Assembly: GCA_034226945.1 (NCBI GenBank)
Contig: CP120464.1
Coordinates: 682,001-746,000 of the forward strand
Source: Picochlorum sp. SENEW3
Taxonomy: Eukaryota
Direction of reading: 5' to 3'
Length of the DNA stretch: 64,000 nt
Under the pieces are notes generated by a model. It saw only the letters and a program-made list of their open reading frames with translations, did not search any database and was not told the origin of the DNA. Positions within the stretch are counted from its first letter, which is position 1; every line of letters begins with the position of its first letter. Both the position numbers and the translations under genes were made by a program. This document shows positions 23,922 through 37,353 of the stretch, in pieces.

Positions 23922-25157
23922 ATGGAATTATTTGATGCATACAAGACCTGGGTTCGGCGACACGCGGACCTGATTTCGGCCATCGAGTCAGGCTTGTCCA
24001 GTGTCACGTGGCTCTTGCCAGATAGGTTTGACGGAAACGAACTCTTGCTGGAGGGACTGCACACGATCACCAACCTGATCACCTTGGTGAACGAGAGCAT
24101 CCTTCGTGATATGGAGAGTTGGGCTCCGAAGGGCGCACAAGAGTTGACGCTTGCCCTGCAGGCACTGCAGCAAGTTGAAATTCTGGTGGAAGTGTACACC
24201 CTCCACTCCTCAGGTAAAGAGGCCCACCGATACGACGCGCTCATCGCTCTAGAGTCGCTCAAGTGCGTATCAATATTCAATGTCAATACTCGTTGAATTG
24301 TGGACTTAGCGAATGCATTGTTGGTTTGCAGAGCCATGGTGAGGCTGGGAATCTACCGTGTTTCAGGAACTCGGCTGATGTTGCAGGGTGGATCCACGTG
24401 CTTTGATAAATTTGATCCATCCGTCTCCAGCACATCAAGCAACTCCAAAAAGTACCAAAAGATTCTAGATGCATTCGAAGCGTTCAGAAAGAGGCATTTG
24501 CCACCCATCACACTCGATGCACCCTGGTTGCCTGATGCGTGTGAGATGCGTTCAGACCTCCAGGTACGAGACACGCGATCCCACGGAGAGGACTATTGGT
24601 GGGAACATCCGAAGCCCCAAACCTTCGCCTGGGAGAACATTCATGCCAGCCTGACGGGTCTGGATGCGGAAATACAGGAGTCAAAGAAGACAGCCCTTGC
24701 CGTGCTCGCAGCAGGAGAAGTCTTACACATTCTACGTCCAGTTCTGTACGTGTCCTGCCTCCGTGTTTGGGGAGCGCGGTCCTGGAAACCATGGATGGTC
24801 AGTCTAGTATGTGAACTGTTGAGTTATAGGATCACCACGAGTGCACAGATCAGCTCTAGCAAGAGAGCTGCTGAGGCAGCGGACAAGAGCACCCTGGTCA
24901 ATCCCACCATTAGTGCGCTGTACGCCATGCAAGGCATTGCCTGGAACCGGGAGGAAATGGATGAGTTGAGTCGAAGAAAGATGCTGCTGCTGTTCTATCT
25001 GCTCCGAGATCCCCTCTTCAGAAAGATGACGAGGCCTGCAATGTACACGTGGCTGCGCACCACCAAACGGGTGCCTCTCGTCTCGTGGCTCTCAGAAAAA
25101 CTGGCAGAATTTACCGAAGGTATCCAAAAGTATTATACATATACTGCAGCCTCTTGA
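23922..25157 (+). CDS. PEX16: Peroxisome biogenesis protein 16 (2 exons)
   Basis: YKTWVR...TWLLPDRF, GEVLHILRPVLY...SWKPW and ELSRRK..LLFYLLRDP. Confidence 0.9.
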
Positions 25158-25235
25158 TTTATTTATTTGTTTGTTTATTTATTTGTATCATATCATATAT
25201 CGTGTCCTCTCCAGTCTTTACACGACACATTTGGC

Positions 25236-25781
25236 ATGGTCGTCCAAAAACTTCTGACCAGGACGCAGACAGGGCGTCGATTGCATTCGTTCATGGGAAA
25301 CACGTTGCAATATCGTCATCCATTCGCTATCGGGAGCTTTCCTCGCAGCATGGCAGGTCTGCCCATCTGTTCGCTCGCAGCGTCACTGTCGGAACAGAAG
25401 ATCATCATTTACAGCAAGGACGACTGTCCTCTGTGCGATGGGCTCAAGGATAAGGTATCCGGTATATTAGATAGAGCACCTTTTACAGGAAGCGCGCTGA
25501 ATGGGTTTGAAATCGAGGTGAGAGATGTCAAGACAAACCCAGCCTGGGATGAAAAGTATGCCATGCAGGTTCCAGTCATGGCTGTCGAGCTTCAGCAAGG
25601 CGGAGAGGTGCGCCGAATGGTATTCATACTGGTATCTATCATCATAAAATGACAAAGAATCGTCGTATCTACGTACTTGTTCCACCGTTCATGCATGCAG
25701 GCAATTATACCGAGAACCTCGCCTAGAGTGACAGCAGACAAGTTGGAGAGGCACATCATTGAGTGCCTGGCAACACTGTAA
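25236..25781 (+). CDS. Glutaredoxin-like (DUF836) protein (2 exons)
   Basis: IYSKDDCPLCDGLK...WDEKYAMQVPV; last exon IPRTSPR. Confidence 0.8.
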
Positions 25782-25783
25782 TT

Positions 25784-27391
25784 TTAGACTGTTTTCGAAC
25801 GAAAAATGGGCTTCTTCTCCTGTGAAGGATCTGCAGGAGCATACACCACATCCCACAGCTCATCTATGGCCATTTTTTCGGGCATGGGATTGTCCCTAAA
25901 ATACCTGTCTGCCTCCAGAGGATCATGATGCCTTATCTTTTCCATGATCACTAGCCGCCTGCTGTACCTCCCAAGAACTTGCTCGCAATTGTATTTCATT
26001 TTGAGCATTGGATGTCTAGGAAGCTCGTCTTCCGATGATGCCGGGAGGCAAGGCAGCCAGTATCCTAGTCGTCCGCCAATTACCAGAACCTTTGCAGACC
26101 ACTCCAAGAGATCCATTAGGCACTCCGCGAGTGGATACGGGGCCGTGCTAGGGATATGAGTATCTCGATCAGTTATTTTAGAGTTTGGGTCGCTCTTGCT
26201 TTTCCTACCCCCCGCACGCACTCCGTATGGCGGATCTGCCAGTATGACATCAAACATGTCTGTGAGGCCAGGCCTGAACGGATTTCTGTCAATATCTGCA
26301 CGAACAAGTCCCACAGGACTCGCCAGGTTGTAATCCCTGAAATTCGTCCAGACATTTACAGCATTGCCGTGTCTGTCCTTCTTTCCAATTTTGATCACTC
26401 GCATGTCGATGTCCATGCCAAAGGTGATGGCACCCCGTGCAGCTGCCGGGACAAGGAGGCCACCAGTCCCCACAAATGGATCGACGACAAAGGAGGATTT
26501 CCTCACACTACACAAAGTACACATAATGAAGGCCAGTTCAGAATCCATTGTTGTCGGGCCAAGGTACCGGCGCTTCTTCAGGTCGTACTTTTGGAGGAGT
26601 GGTCCCCTCGCCTCGTTGACACCCACCTGCCTTCCAAAGGCATACCAAGGCCTCCGTCCCGGGACGGTGCTGTGCTTGCTTGGCCGTGCAATGATCACCC
26701 AATATAAATGCATAGGATCTTTCATGCGTATAGGACCCTTGAATCCGGTATACTGCTCGAAAGAATCGATGATTGCAAGCTTCTCATCATGAGAGATGGC
26801 AGTGCCCCATCCATCTATGACAAATTTGAAACTCTGATCCTCTCCAGAGTACAAACGTTTCACCTCAGGATCGTATTTCCCAACCATTTTTTGTGTTTCA
26901 AGGAGCGTGAGCCCTTCACCCCAAATATCTAGAATGCACTTGACAAGGAGGCATTCGTTGGCGAGCCTGGACATCATGTCATCACCTCCAAAGTCTACGT
27001 GGACATGAAAGTACCAGAAGGAAGATGCTACCAGTCCATCACCAGGCTCTTCCCATACAATCACAGGCAATCCATCTGGTGCATGTGATAATCCTGGAGG
27101 GTACACAAAAATATGCTGTCACGCAATCCTGCGGATTTCCACAAACAAGAGAGGGCACCCCAGTCGACATCACAAGGACGTACCGTACAACAACTCTGCC
27201 GCCGCCTCCACCTCTGCTAGGCGAAAACTGAGGTGCCTGTGGTTGAAGAAACAAAGATATCTCCTCCTATCGGGCAATGTCGACCCCGCATCAACGATGT
27301 GTATCCCAGCCACTCCAGTTTCAACGCCTTCAAAGTCCACACACCTTTCAAGCTCTTCCACCCTCACATTATGCGAATCCAGTATCTCCAT
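25784..27391 (-). CDS. TRM11: tRNA (guanine-10-N2)-methyltransferase (2 exons)
   Basis: YLCFFNHRHLSFRLAEVE, LKKRRYLGPTTMDSELA, DPFVGTGGLL and DPPYGVRAG. Confidence 0.92.
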
Positions 27392-27990
27392 GCTGTTTGG
27401 TGTGATATAAAGTTCTATTTAATAATATATATGGTTCTAGACTACAACAATCCAGGATAGTTTCACGTTTACAGACAAATGTGGTGGGACATGCCATGCA
27501 ACAACAATCTGCCCATCATTCCTGATCACCGAAGCATGTGCCCTTTTCTTGCCATGGACATGTATTTATAAATCTATATAATAGAAATTCTTTGCCACAG
27601 CCTCCTGTGAATGCCCCGTGTGTGTGCTGTTGTTCCATCAAGCCAGTAGCCAATTGGCCATCCATGCCATTGATGAAAATCGCACATTTTTGTCCAAAGA
27701 CAAGTGACGTGGTTCCCTCCCAGGCCAAGTCAATAGTAATAATAGATGATAACTGCTGTGCAAGTGTCAGACTTGGAAGCGACGCAGAAGTAACAGTCGG
27801 TGTAGGAAGGTTCGAGGCCTTTTTCATGTCAAAACGTGGACAAGGGTGCCAACTTCAAGTGCGTATTCAATAGCATGTCTCTTCTCAACTTGTTGTTTTC
27901 GTTTGCTTCCAAGGATATCGTGGCAGCACGTGTCAAGACTTCTGTGAACCGTTTGATCAGTTCGAAAACGTTCTCACCCCCGTGGTTTGC

Positions 27991-30900
27991 ATGCAGTCTC
28001 AAGAAGGCAAAAAGGCGAAAATGACTGACATTGAAATGGAAAATGGTGTGGGCAACGCCAACGTGGAAATCGACGAGGACCTGCACAGCAGGCAGCTTGC
28101 TGTGTATGGCAAGGAATCAATGAGGCGTTTGGCTGCCTCAAATGTCCTGATCGTAGGTATGTCAGGCTTGGGCGTCGAAATAGCCAAAAATAGTATCCTG
28201 GCTGGCCTTAAATCTGTCACTTTGCACGATCCTGCGCCGGTGGAGGTGAGGCACCTCGGGTCCCAGTTCTATCTGTCCGAGGGAGATGTGGGCAGGCCGA
28301 AAGCCGAGGCGTGTAGGGACAGGTTACAGGAATTAAACACGGCCGTCAAGGTTGTGACCGCGTCAGAAGATCTCACAGAGTCGTTTTTGAGTGGATTTGA
28401 TGTTGTGGTGGCTACACAGACTAGCTTGGCTGAAGCTGTGCGGATGGATGATATTTGTTGCAAGCACGGCAAGGCCTTTATCAAAGCTGACATTCGAGGA
28501 GTGTTTTCTTCCGTATTTTGCGATTTTGGGGACAAGTTCGAGGTGTCCGACGTGGATGGAGAGGAGCCTCGTACTGGCATTGTGGCTGGAATCACTCAGG
28601 GCAGCACCACTTTGGTGACATCAGTGGAGGATGACCGTCTAGAGTTCGAGCCTGGGGATTTGGTGGTATTCTCAGAGGTAGAGGGCATGTCTGAGCTTAA
28701 CTCTGTTGGTCCGGTCAAAGTTCTCACTGCAAAGCCTCATTCTCTGGAGATTGATCTGGATTCATCTTCTCTTGGCCAATACACCAAAGGAGGTATTGTC
28801 ACACAAGTCAAGCAGCCAAAGACGCTGACTTTCAAGTCTCTCCAAGAATCCGTCGAATCTCCAGGAGAATTCCTGATATCAGACTTTTCAAAGCTGGAAA
28901 GGCCGGCCCTTCTTCACCTTGGATTTCGGGCAGTCGACGAGTTTGTGGGCGCAGTGGGACGAACCCCCAAGCCAGGAGATCGCGGGGATGCGGATGCCGT
29001 GATCGAGATAGCGAAACGAATCAATGATCAGGCTGCCCAAGAGTCCAAGGTGGACATTGATGAGAAAGTCTTGGCCCATCTGGCCAGCACATGGAGTGCC
29101 GATCTCAACCCCATGGCAGCTGCGTTCGGAGGAGTTGTTGGGCAGGAGGTGGTGAAGGCCGCTTCGGGGAAATTCCACCCTATTTTCCAATGGTTTTATT
29201 TTGACTCGATCGAAAGTCTGCCGGAGGAGCCTTTGAGCCAGGAAGAACTCGCACCCGAGGGTGGTCGCTATGACGACCAGATCGCAGTGTTTGGGAAGAC
29301 GATGCAAAGGAAGCTCGAGTCCTCCAACATATTCCTTGTAGGGGCTGGTGCTTTGGGATGCGAGTTTTTGAAGAACATGGCATGCATGGGTGTTGCATGT
29401 GGGTCAGGAAAGGTAACGGTGACGGATGACGATGTCATTGAGAAGAGCAACCTTAGCCGCCAATTCTTGGTATGTCTCAAGTTGTTTTCGTGCCATTGAC
29501 TTGGGAAGGTTTTAACGATGTGATTTTTGTGCAGTTCCGCGATTGGGATATTGGAAATCCAAAGTCAACCGTAGCTGGAGCAGCTGCGACAAAGATCAAC
29601 CCGAACCTGTCCCTTGAGGCTCTGCAGAATCGGGTGTCTCCAGAAACAGAGGAGGTCTTCAACGATCAGTTCTGGTCAAGCAAGGACCTGGTTGTCAATG
29701 CCCTGGACAATGTGAACGCTCGATTATACGTGGATTCTCGTTGTGTTTACTTTGGGAAGCCTCTTTTGGAGAGTGGTACATTGGGAACAAAATGCAACAC
29801 CCAAAATATTGTGCCGGGTCTTACAGAGAATTATGGAGCAACCAGGGATCCTCCAGAAAAGTCAGCACCCATGTGCACGCTGCATTCTTTCCCCCACAAC
29901 ATTCAACACTGCCTAACATTTGCTCGCTCAGAATTCGAAGGCATTCTGGAGAAGAACCCCGCGGATGCAAATGCCTATTTGGAGAATCCTGAAAAGTATG
30001 TTCATGACATCACCCACAGCAGTGATGCGGCAGCCAAGGAGAACCTGAAAAGGGTGGTGGATGCTTTGATAACAGACTACTGTAGCAACTTTGATGAGTG
30101 CATCCGCTGGGCCAGATTGAAATTTCAGCAGCAGTTCCATGATCGCATCAAGCAATTAACATACACGTTCCCTGAAGATGCCAAGACGTCCACTGGAGCT
30201 TTCTTCTGGTCCGCACCAAAGAGGTTCCCAAAAGCCCTTGACTTTGATGCATCCGACCAATCCCACGCGTCTTTCATCCAAGCAGCGGCCATACTTAAAG
30301 CTCAGGTTCAAAATATTTCCATCCCTGGATGGGCGAGTGATGCCAATAAAATGGTAGAAATTGCAGCTTCAATCCCGGTTGAGGAATTTGTGCCAAAGGA
30401 AAACGTGAAGATCGAGACCGATCCGAAAGCAGAAAGCAACAGTGCAATATCTACAGATCATCAAGAACTGGATTCAATGGTGGTGGAACTGGCCCAGGCT
30501 GCAAAGAAGTTACCTCCTTCCTATCGCCTGACTCCAATTGCCTTTGAAAAGGACGACGACACGAATTTCCATATGCAGTTCATCTCGGGATTTGCCAACA
30601 TGAGGGCAAGAAATTACTCGATTCCGGAGGTGGACAAGCTGCAGGCCAAGCTGATTGCAGGAAGAATCATCCCTGCCATTGCCACAACAACCGCCCTGGC
30701 CACGGGGCTGGTGTGCCTGGAAATGTACAAGGTCATCAGAAATGCTCCATTAGAAGCTTACAGGGACAGCTTCGCCAATCTTGCTTTGCCATTGTTTGCC
30801 ATGGCTGAACCAAAGCCACCCCAGAAGTTCAATTTCAAAGACATGTCCTGGACTCTGTGGGACCGCTGGGTCCTCCAGGGAGACCTCACTGTCTCGGAAG

Positions 30901-31145
30901 TGTTGAACTGGTTCAGGGAGAAAGGATTGGAAGCCTACTCTATTTCATGCGGGCAGGCCTTGTTGTATAACAATATATTCCCAAGGCACAAGGAACGGTT
31001 AAACGAGAAAATGTCCGACCTGGTGAAAACTGTTGCCAAGGTTGACATTCCCCCGTGGAGAAACCATTTCGATGTTGTGGTTGCATGCGAGGATGAAGAA
31101 GGTGAGGACATGGATGTTCCTCTAGTATCCATACAATACCGTTAA
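27991..31145 (+). CDS. UBA1: Ubiquitin-activating enzyme E1 (intron 29470-29534)
   Basis: [32 protein letters not shown], catalytic PMCTLHSFP and IPAIATTT. Confidence 0.97.
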
Positions 31146-31166
31146 TACTAAAATAAAATTATTAAA

Positions 31167-32049
31167 TTATTTTTCTTTCATGACGGCCTTCTCAAACGAC
31201 ATGTGTGTAAGGATGGATTTTGACAGGCCCTCCACATCTGCATGATCTGTTGATCTTAGGTGTTCAAAATCTTTGATGCTTGTAATTGGCTGCGTCAAAG
31301 GCTTCAACAGACCATCTTTCAGAGAATACACAAGCCCATGGATGGAGAGGGGCTGCCCAAAGTCCCACGCCTGTTGCACAACTGGTGATGTGCATACATT
31401 GAACACCTGTTGCAAAATATTGAGTTCTACCAATTTCTTCCATCTCTCCTCTCCATTTTCAAGGGCAATAAGTTCGTCTGCGTTCTTGTCCCTCACTTCT
31501 CGAATGTCTTGGATCCAAAGGTTCACAAGACCAGCTGTCTTGCATGGCAACTCCAATGCAGCCCTAACCGCTCCACAATTGTAGTGGCCACAGATGATAA
31601 TATGCTTCACTTTCAGCGCTGTTATTCCATACTCGAGGCAGGACATGCAGTTCATGTCCTTGTGTGTTGCCAAGTTTCCAACATTCCTTTGCACAAACAC
31701 CTCCCCTGGCTCCAAACCCATTAACTGATTTGCCTGCACTCCGAGCAAGGCAAACAATGTGTTTCAGAATCAATTGCTCAAATATCATAGACACATAGAA
31801 ACACGTACTGGCACACGAGAGTCACTACAACCAATCCACAGGTAGTCCGGTGCTTGGGCCTGGGATAGTTTACGAAAGTAGTCTCGATCCCCCTCCAACT
31901 TCGAATTGGCCCATTCCCTGCAGAGACACCCATCCACATTGATTTCATTGCGTCAGATCGAGCCGACAGAGAACCAATCCAACGCACCGATTCTTTTGAA
32001 AGGGCAGCTCTAACCCATGTCCGGTGGGTGCTTGCGACCCGTTTCCCAT
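31167..32049 (-). CDS. Beta-carbonic anhydrase (2 exons)
   Basis: [16 protein letters not shown]...RNVGN and CGHYNCGAV. Confidence 0.92.
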
Positions 32050-32261
32050 GTTGGTGTCTTCACCAATCGGGCACATTCCCACGTCTGGAAATTCTGAAAT
32101 TAAAATCAAACTGCATGGTTACGCAATGAGCCGGCGATCTTCGCGCAGGACTCCTCTGCTGTCTGTGGGGTAAACCTACTACAGGTCAGGATCCCGGCAG
32201 CGAAAGAGGGGCAAACCGGTAGCGCCTCGATGCAGGCCACGTGGCCACCAACATACCCTGA

Positions 32262-33514
32262 TCACTGCCGACTTCGCCCACGACCTCTGCCACGACCACC
32301 ACGAGATCTGCCACGACCGCGACCTTTGCCACGACCTCTGTGGCCACGGCCTCTGCCAGCGTGATGCTGACCACTCTCCGAACCGTCCGCATGGGCATAC
32401 AGGGCCCCTAAGATATCCGCAGACAACTCTTGTGCACCTCCCTGCTGCCTTTCCTCCAAATCAAATTGTTCTTGCATGGCGAGAGCGAGAGCGTGGTCGC
32501 TATCGCCTGCAGCCTTTGCTGCTTGTCTGGCATTCCATTCATCCATGGTCATGGATGCATCCTCCCGCTGATGATCGCCCGCGCCTCTGTGTCGCCTCCC
32601 CCTGCCCCTAGACCTTTCACCTGATCGATTTTCCATCCTGTGCAATAAGCTCTGTGCTGCCGCGGTTTTTATCTTTGCAGATGGCTCTTTCTGAACATCC
32701 AACGTTTGCCTCCCTGGTGCATGGTCCTTGGATTCGTCTGCGGACTTGGTGCCCCGCGGAGGTTCTGCCTTTTTCCGGATATCAGACGCTTTACCTTTCC
32801 TGCGCCCCCTGGTGAGGTCGAAAGGTTTGAAAATCGGAGGCTTGTCTTCCTTGTTCTGTTGTGCATCCCTCCCTGGTCCCCCATACAGCTGTTGAGCCTC
32901 GTAAGCATCCACCAGATTTGAAACGTTGCCACCAAGTATCTCGAATCCTTTCTCTTCCAACAGTACCACGCCAAATCGAACGGCCAGCCCTTGCACTCTG
33001 ACCTTCATACCTGGCAGCAAATGCTTCGGGTTCAGCATTGGGAGTCTCCTGCAATGCTCTATTGCTTTACATTCACGCACGCCATCCGTCAAACGAATCA
33101 TCATAATTCTATCTTTTGATGATGATGTCCCTACTTTGTACTTAATGGGCCCAGACACATCACAGAACCCGGAAATCTGCAATACCAAGGGGCCCTGGAG
33201 TTTCATTGAACTTGCCGTGTTTATGTCTGCCGGTAGCGCTGGGCGCCCAATCTGCAGGCATCACAGCCATGGTACTATGAAGTCTCGCTTAGTATACGAC
33301 GTATTCGAGTTGCACGCACCTTGCGAATATCCACGTCCAGCAGTGTCCCCTGAAGGGCCTCGGGTGACACAGAGTCCCCAAGTCCCGCAAGCGCCTGTTC
33401 ACATTTCGCATCGTTAAGAATGATATTTCATATGTATATAGTAACACAGATTATAAATAAACGCACATCATCCTGAAGAATCCACCCGAGGCCCTCTAAA
33501 GCCTCTCGAGCCAT
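32262..33514 (-). CDS. TDRD3/RMI1-like OB-fold protein with RGG tail (3 exons)
   Basis: LQGPLVLQI, RIMMIRLTDG...KAIE, PGMKV...GVVLL...LGGNV; C-terminal RG repeats. Confidence 0.8.
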
Positions 33515-33786
33515 TGCCGCAAACCAAGGTTCACAAAATCACCATAACAATCTCTGAGTTGAGAAGCTGTGGTTCTAAGAAATGATAGGACGATTGTAGA
33601 ATTTGATAGATTGTTTAATAACGTTCCATTCCAGCGAATCGGATCAATTTGTCTCTGTTCATCGTTCCTTCTTCCTCAAGATGAAGCGCCTTCAGGAATG
33701 AAGAAGCCGGCTCATCGCATAGACCATACGCATTCTTTACTACTGTATCTTTACCTACATGGCATGATCGATCATTGTGCGACACA

Positions 33787-34742
33787 ATGGATCTTGGGTC
33801 TGCAGTAGGACTTTTATTGAGCGGCATTCGAGAGTCCTTCGCTCCATGTGTGCCGGGTTCGCTTTGGGGGTTTGCTGGGGCCCATTGGGACAGTGTGCTG
33901 CCGTACTTCGTATTCTTTGTCCTAGTTTATGTTGCAGCTGCATTCTTAAATGGAATTATATTCGGCATCAAGAAGAAATCTGTCCCTTTGCTCAGCACCT
34001 GTTGCAATTCCTTGTACGTGTGCCTCCACTTCTTGTTCGCTTGCGTGTGCCTCCGTGTTGACGCGCGGTTATCCTTATTGCAGCATACACGGCCTCTGTT
34101 GTATCCTGGCGGGCTGCTCCATCCTCAGCCAGTGGGATGATAGGAAGCTTGACCATGTCAACACTGAGTTGCAGAACCAGGTGGTGCAGTTTTCGTTCGC
34201 CTATCTCGCTTCTGATACACTGAATGCAATTCTTTTTGACTGGGATGTCCTTTTCTTAGCACATCACGCGCTGTCGCTGCTGTACCTGTACGCGGTGCTA
34301 CAGCTGCAAGTAGGAGCAGTCTCAGCAGTGTTTGTGTTCTTTCTGGGAGAGATCACCTCCCCAATATTCAATTCGTTTACCGTGCTCAGGGAACTCAAGA
34401 AGGATTACAAATGGGCTTCTCCGTGGTTCCATTTCGTCTCTCCTATTTTTACTGGTGTGTGCGATGACTGGTGACTATGCTCCCACACCCGTCCTTTGTC
34501 GCGCCGTAACCATTGGTTGTCATCCTTGTGCAGTCTCTTTCGTCCTGGTGCGATCCGTCATCTCAGTCCCTCTCATATACTGGTACATGAAACAGATGCT
34601 GGTAGACTCTCATGCCATTCCGTTTCCCTGGAGACTGTTCATGGTGAGCTTGGTTGGGCTGGGTATGGCCGGATCGCAGATCTGGTCGTACAAATTAGTT
34701 CGCGGATGTCTGAGATCACGCCGAAAGAAAAAAGTGCAATAA
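33787..34742 (+). CDS. TLC-domain membrane protein (3 exons)
   Basis: FSFAYLASD, FLAHH, GEITSPIFN and FVLVR. Confidence 0.8.
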
Positions 34743-34831
34743 ACTTTGGAATGAAGATAATGCAGGTGATTTTTCGTTGAGAGCGTCGAGGAAAGAATTT
34801 CTCGGAAGGTGGCAAGACTCTGTGCAGCGCC

Positions 34832-35731
34832 ATGAGACCAGCACAATTGGTTGGCGAGCCCTACAGATGTACCATATGCTGTTTAAATTGGCGAGGTTTG
34901 AAGATCCACGGTGGCACGAGAAAAGCACGAACAAGACTGGCTCGTCACTTGGTGCGGGGGCACGAGAGCAGCGCCTGTGGGCCCCAGGAGGTGCAGCAAG
35001 CCCGTGCCTGGTGCCCACCACATGCTCATAATGCGATGTTGGCTCCCAAGAGCGTAGGCAGAGCGGCTACCATTGTGTCGAGCATGCTTGTGCTGCTCCT
35101 CCTTCAACCTTCTGAGGCTCTTGCTCTTCCAGACATTGTTCCTTTGGTTGAATCAACGGTGTCGTCTGCTGGTGTATTAGGACCAGTGGTATTTATCATT
35201 ATATACGCGGTGGCGGCTGTACTATTTGTGCCGGCCTCGGTCCTGACCGTGTCGGCAGGATTCCTCTTTGGGCCGTGGCTGGGCAGCATCATCGTGTCCA
35301 TAGCAGCCACAACAGGGGCTGGACTAGCCTTTCTCATCGGTAGATACTTTGCGAGGTCGTATGTTGAGAGTACAATCCAAAAGAATGAGAAGTTTGTCGC
35401 CATCGACAAGGCCATTGCATCTCAGGGGGCAAAAGTGGTGTTTTTGATGCGGCTGTCGCCGCTCTTCCCATACGGGTTGATCAACTATTCGCTGGGACTC
35501 ACAAAAGTCCCTTTCACGCAGTATATCGTAGCCTCGTGGATCGGTATGCTTCCAGGAACCTTTGCATACGTCATCCTGGGGTCTGCGGGCAAGGCAGCAG
35601 TGACGGCAGGCGGCACATCTTCTGCCTTTCCTGGAGCATTGCTGTATTTTGTGGGAGCCCTGGCAACATTGGGTGTCACCGTTTTGATCAGCCGGGAGGC
35701 AAGCAAAGTTTTGAATGAAATGGATTCTTGA
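34832..35731 (+). CDS. TVP38/TMEM64 (DedA) membrane protein, second paralogue
   Basis: PASVLTVSAGFLFG, LMRLSPLFPYGLINY and GMLPGT. Confidence 0.88.
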   Translation: MRPAQLVGEPYRCTICCLNWRGLKIHGGTRKARTRLARHLVRGHESSACGPQEVQQARAWCPPHAHNAMLAPKSVGRAATIVSSMLVLLLLQPSEALALPDIVPLVESTVSSAGVLGPVVFIIIYAVAAVLFVPASVLTVSAGFLFGPWLGSIIVSIAATTGAGLAFLIGRYFARSYVESTIQKNEKFVAIDKAIASQGAKVVFLMRLSPLFPYGLINYSLGLTKVPFTQYIVASWIGMLPGTFAYVILGSAGKAAVTAGGTSSAFPGALLYFVGALATLGVTVLISREASKVLNEMDS

Positions 35732-35801
35732 TATTCACTGTACAAATTTTGAATTCAATTTGAAACATAAGAGGTTTAACCTGTTGTAATACAACAAAGT
35801 C

Positions 35802-37161
35802 ATGAAGCCAGAGCACGTGGTTGCCTTGGCCAAAGCCACGAGCCTCGATGACTTCGAGGGTATAAAACTGAAGTTTGATTTCGATGAGGAATTCTTTAGG
35901 AACTACAGGGATGCAGATGGGTGCACTGCCCTGCACACTGCTGTCACGCATGGGCATGCGACTGTTGTTCGCCACCTCCTCTTCTCCCACGGGTTCCGGG
36001 ACGTCATTGGCCAAACAGATACCAAAGGTATATCATTTCACTTTTATGGTTCAGATGGCATCCTTGATCAATCCACCCACTGCCTTTGCAGGAAGAACAG
36101 CGTTTGCTGCTGCTCTGAAGCGGTCTGACCCAGGTATTCTGGAGGTTTTACTCGAGGCTGGAGCGGATGTTCACACGACTCTGGACGGCGAACTTAGTAT
36201 TGTATATAGCAGTGTGTCGGGAGACGCAAAAGCCGTGGAGATTCTGCTCAAGGCTGGGGCAGATCCCAATGCAAAGACCAAGGATGATCTACCACTTCTC
36301 TTCTTCCTCAGTGCTATGGCGGCCATGAAGGCGCAGTCGGATGAGGTGCTATCGGAGAGGTATGTAAATATTGCACTCGCCCTTCTACAGGGGGGCGCCA
36401 AACCTGACTCGACAGGGCCTGGTGGGTTTACTGCCCTCCATGTTGCCGGAGAGATGGGGAACACAAAATTGATTCGGGCTCTTTTGGACCACGGCGCAAC
36501 TCCCGATTTGAAAAATGTCGAAAACAAGACGCCAGCTGACATTGCCGCGGAATGGGAGCGCGGTGAAGCAGTCAAATACTTGCTGTTTGGAACCAATGCG
36601 GATTCAATGGACACGCAGATGGTGGAGGATCGGGTTCGCAAGCACATAGAGGTCAGGAAGCAGGAAAGCGAAGCTCTTGCTCATGCCATCAAATCAGGCG
36701 ATGTCCGCCCCAGGGAAGGAATCATCCCGGGAGCAGAAGACCCCTCTGAGGAAAAGTATCTGGCCTGCAAGTCAGAAGGGGACAAAGCTTTTGTGTCTGG
36801 GGACTTCTCTCAAGCATACCGACATTATCAACAGGGGTTGCGTCACAAAACAGATGACTCGACGTTGTGGTCAAATGCTGCGGCAGCATCACTGCGGCTC
36901 AAACTCTTTGAAGATGCCCTGACACATGCCAGGATGGCACGCACAGTGGACGCACAGAATGTCAAAGCCTGGTACAGAGAGGGCCAGGCTGCAGAGGGAC
37001 TGTCACTTTGGGAGGACGCAGCAGCTGCATATTACGAAGCGTTCCTGGCGAACAACGAGGTGAAGAGCGTCACCGGCGTGGATTTTGCTCAGCTCGTGAA
37101 GGATTCGGTGGAGAAGGGCAGGAAACAATTCCAGCTCGAGCAGCGAGGCGAATGCGCTTAA
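35802..37161 (+). CDS. Ankyrin-repeat plus TPR protein (2 exons)
   Basis: GCTALHTAV and GFTALHVA ankyrin repeats; C-terminal three-TPR block (LWSNAAAA, KAWYREG). Confidence 0.85.
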
Positions 37162-37353
37162 ATTATTCAATAAATTCTGATTGGTTTTCTGCAAGAATTT
37201 CCTCTTGTATTCAAGTATTCAAATTCAAAACGGCGGTCAGCTTTTCGACAGCACAAAGTTCAAACGTGAGCTGTTCAAACTCTGCCCAATACGCCAGTCG
37301 AGTTCTAGAAACAAGATCCTTTTTCTTCAAGGGAATAATAATGATGGCATTCA

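Noticed and set aside
27516..27980. Small ORFs between TRM11 and UBA1
   Set aside because: No recognisable motif or convincing splice model; cannot be called
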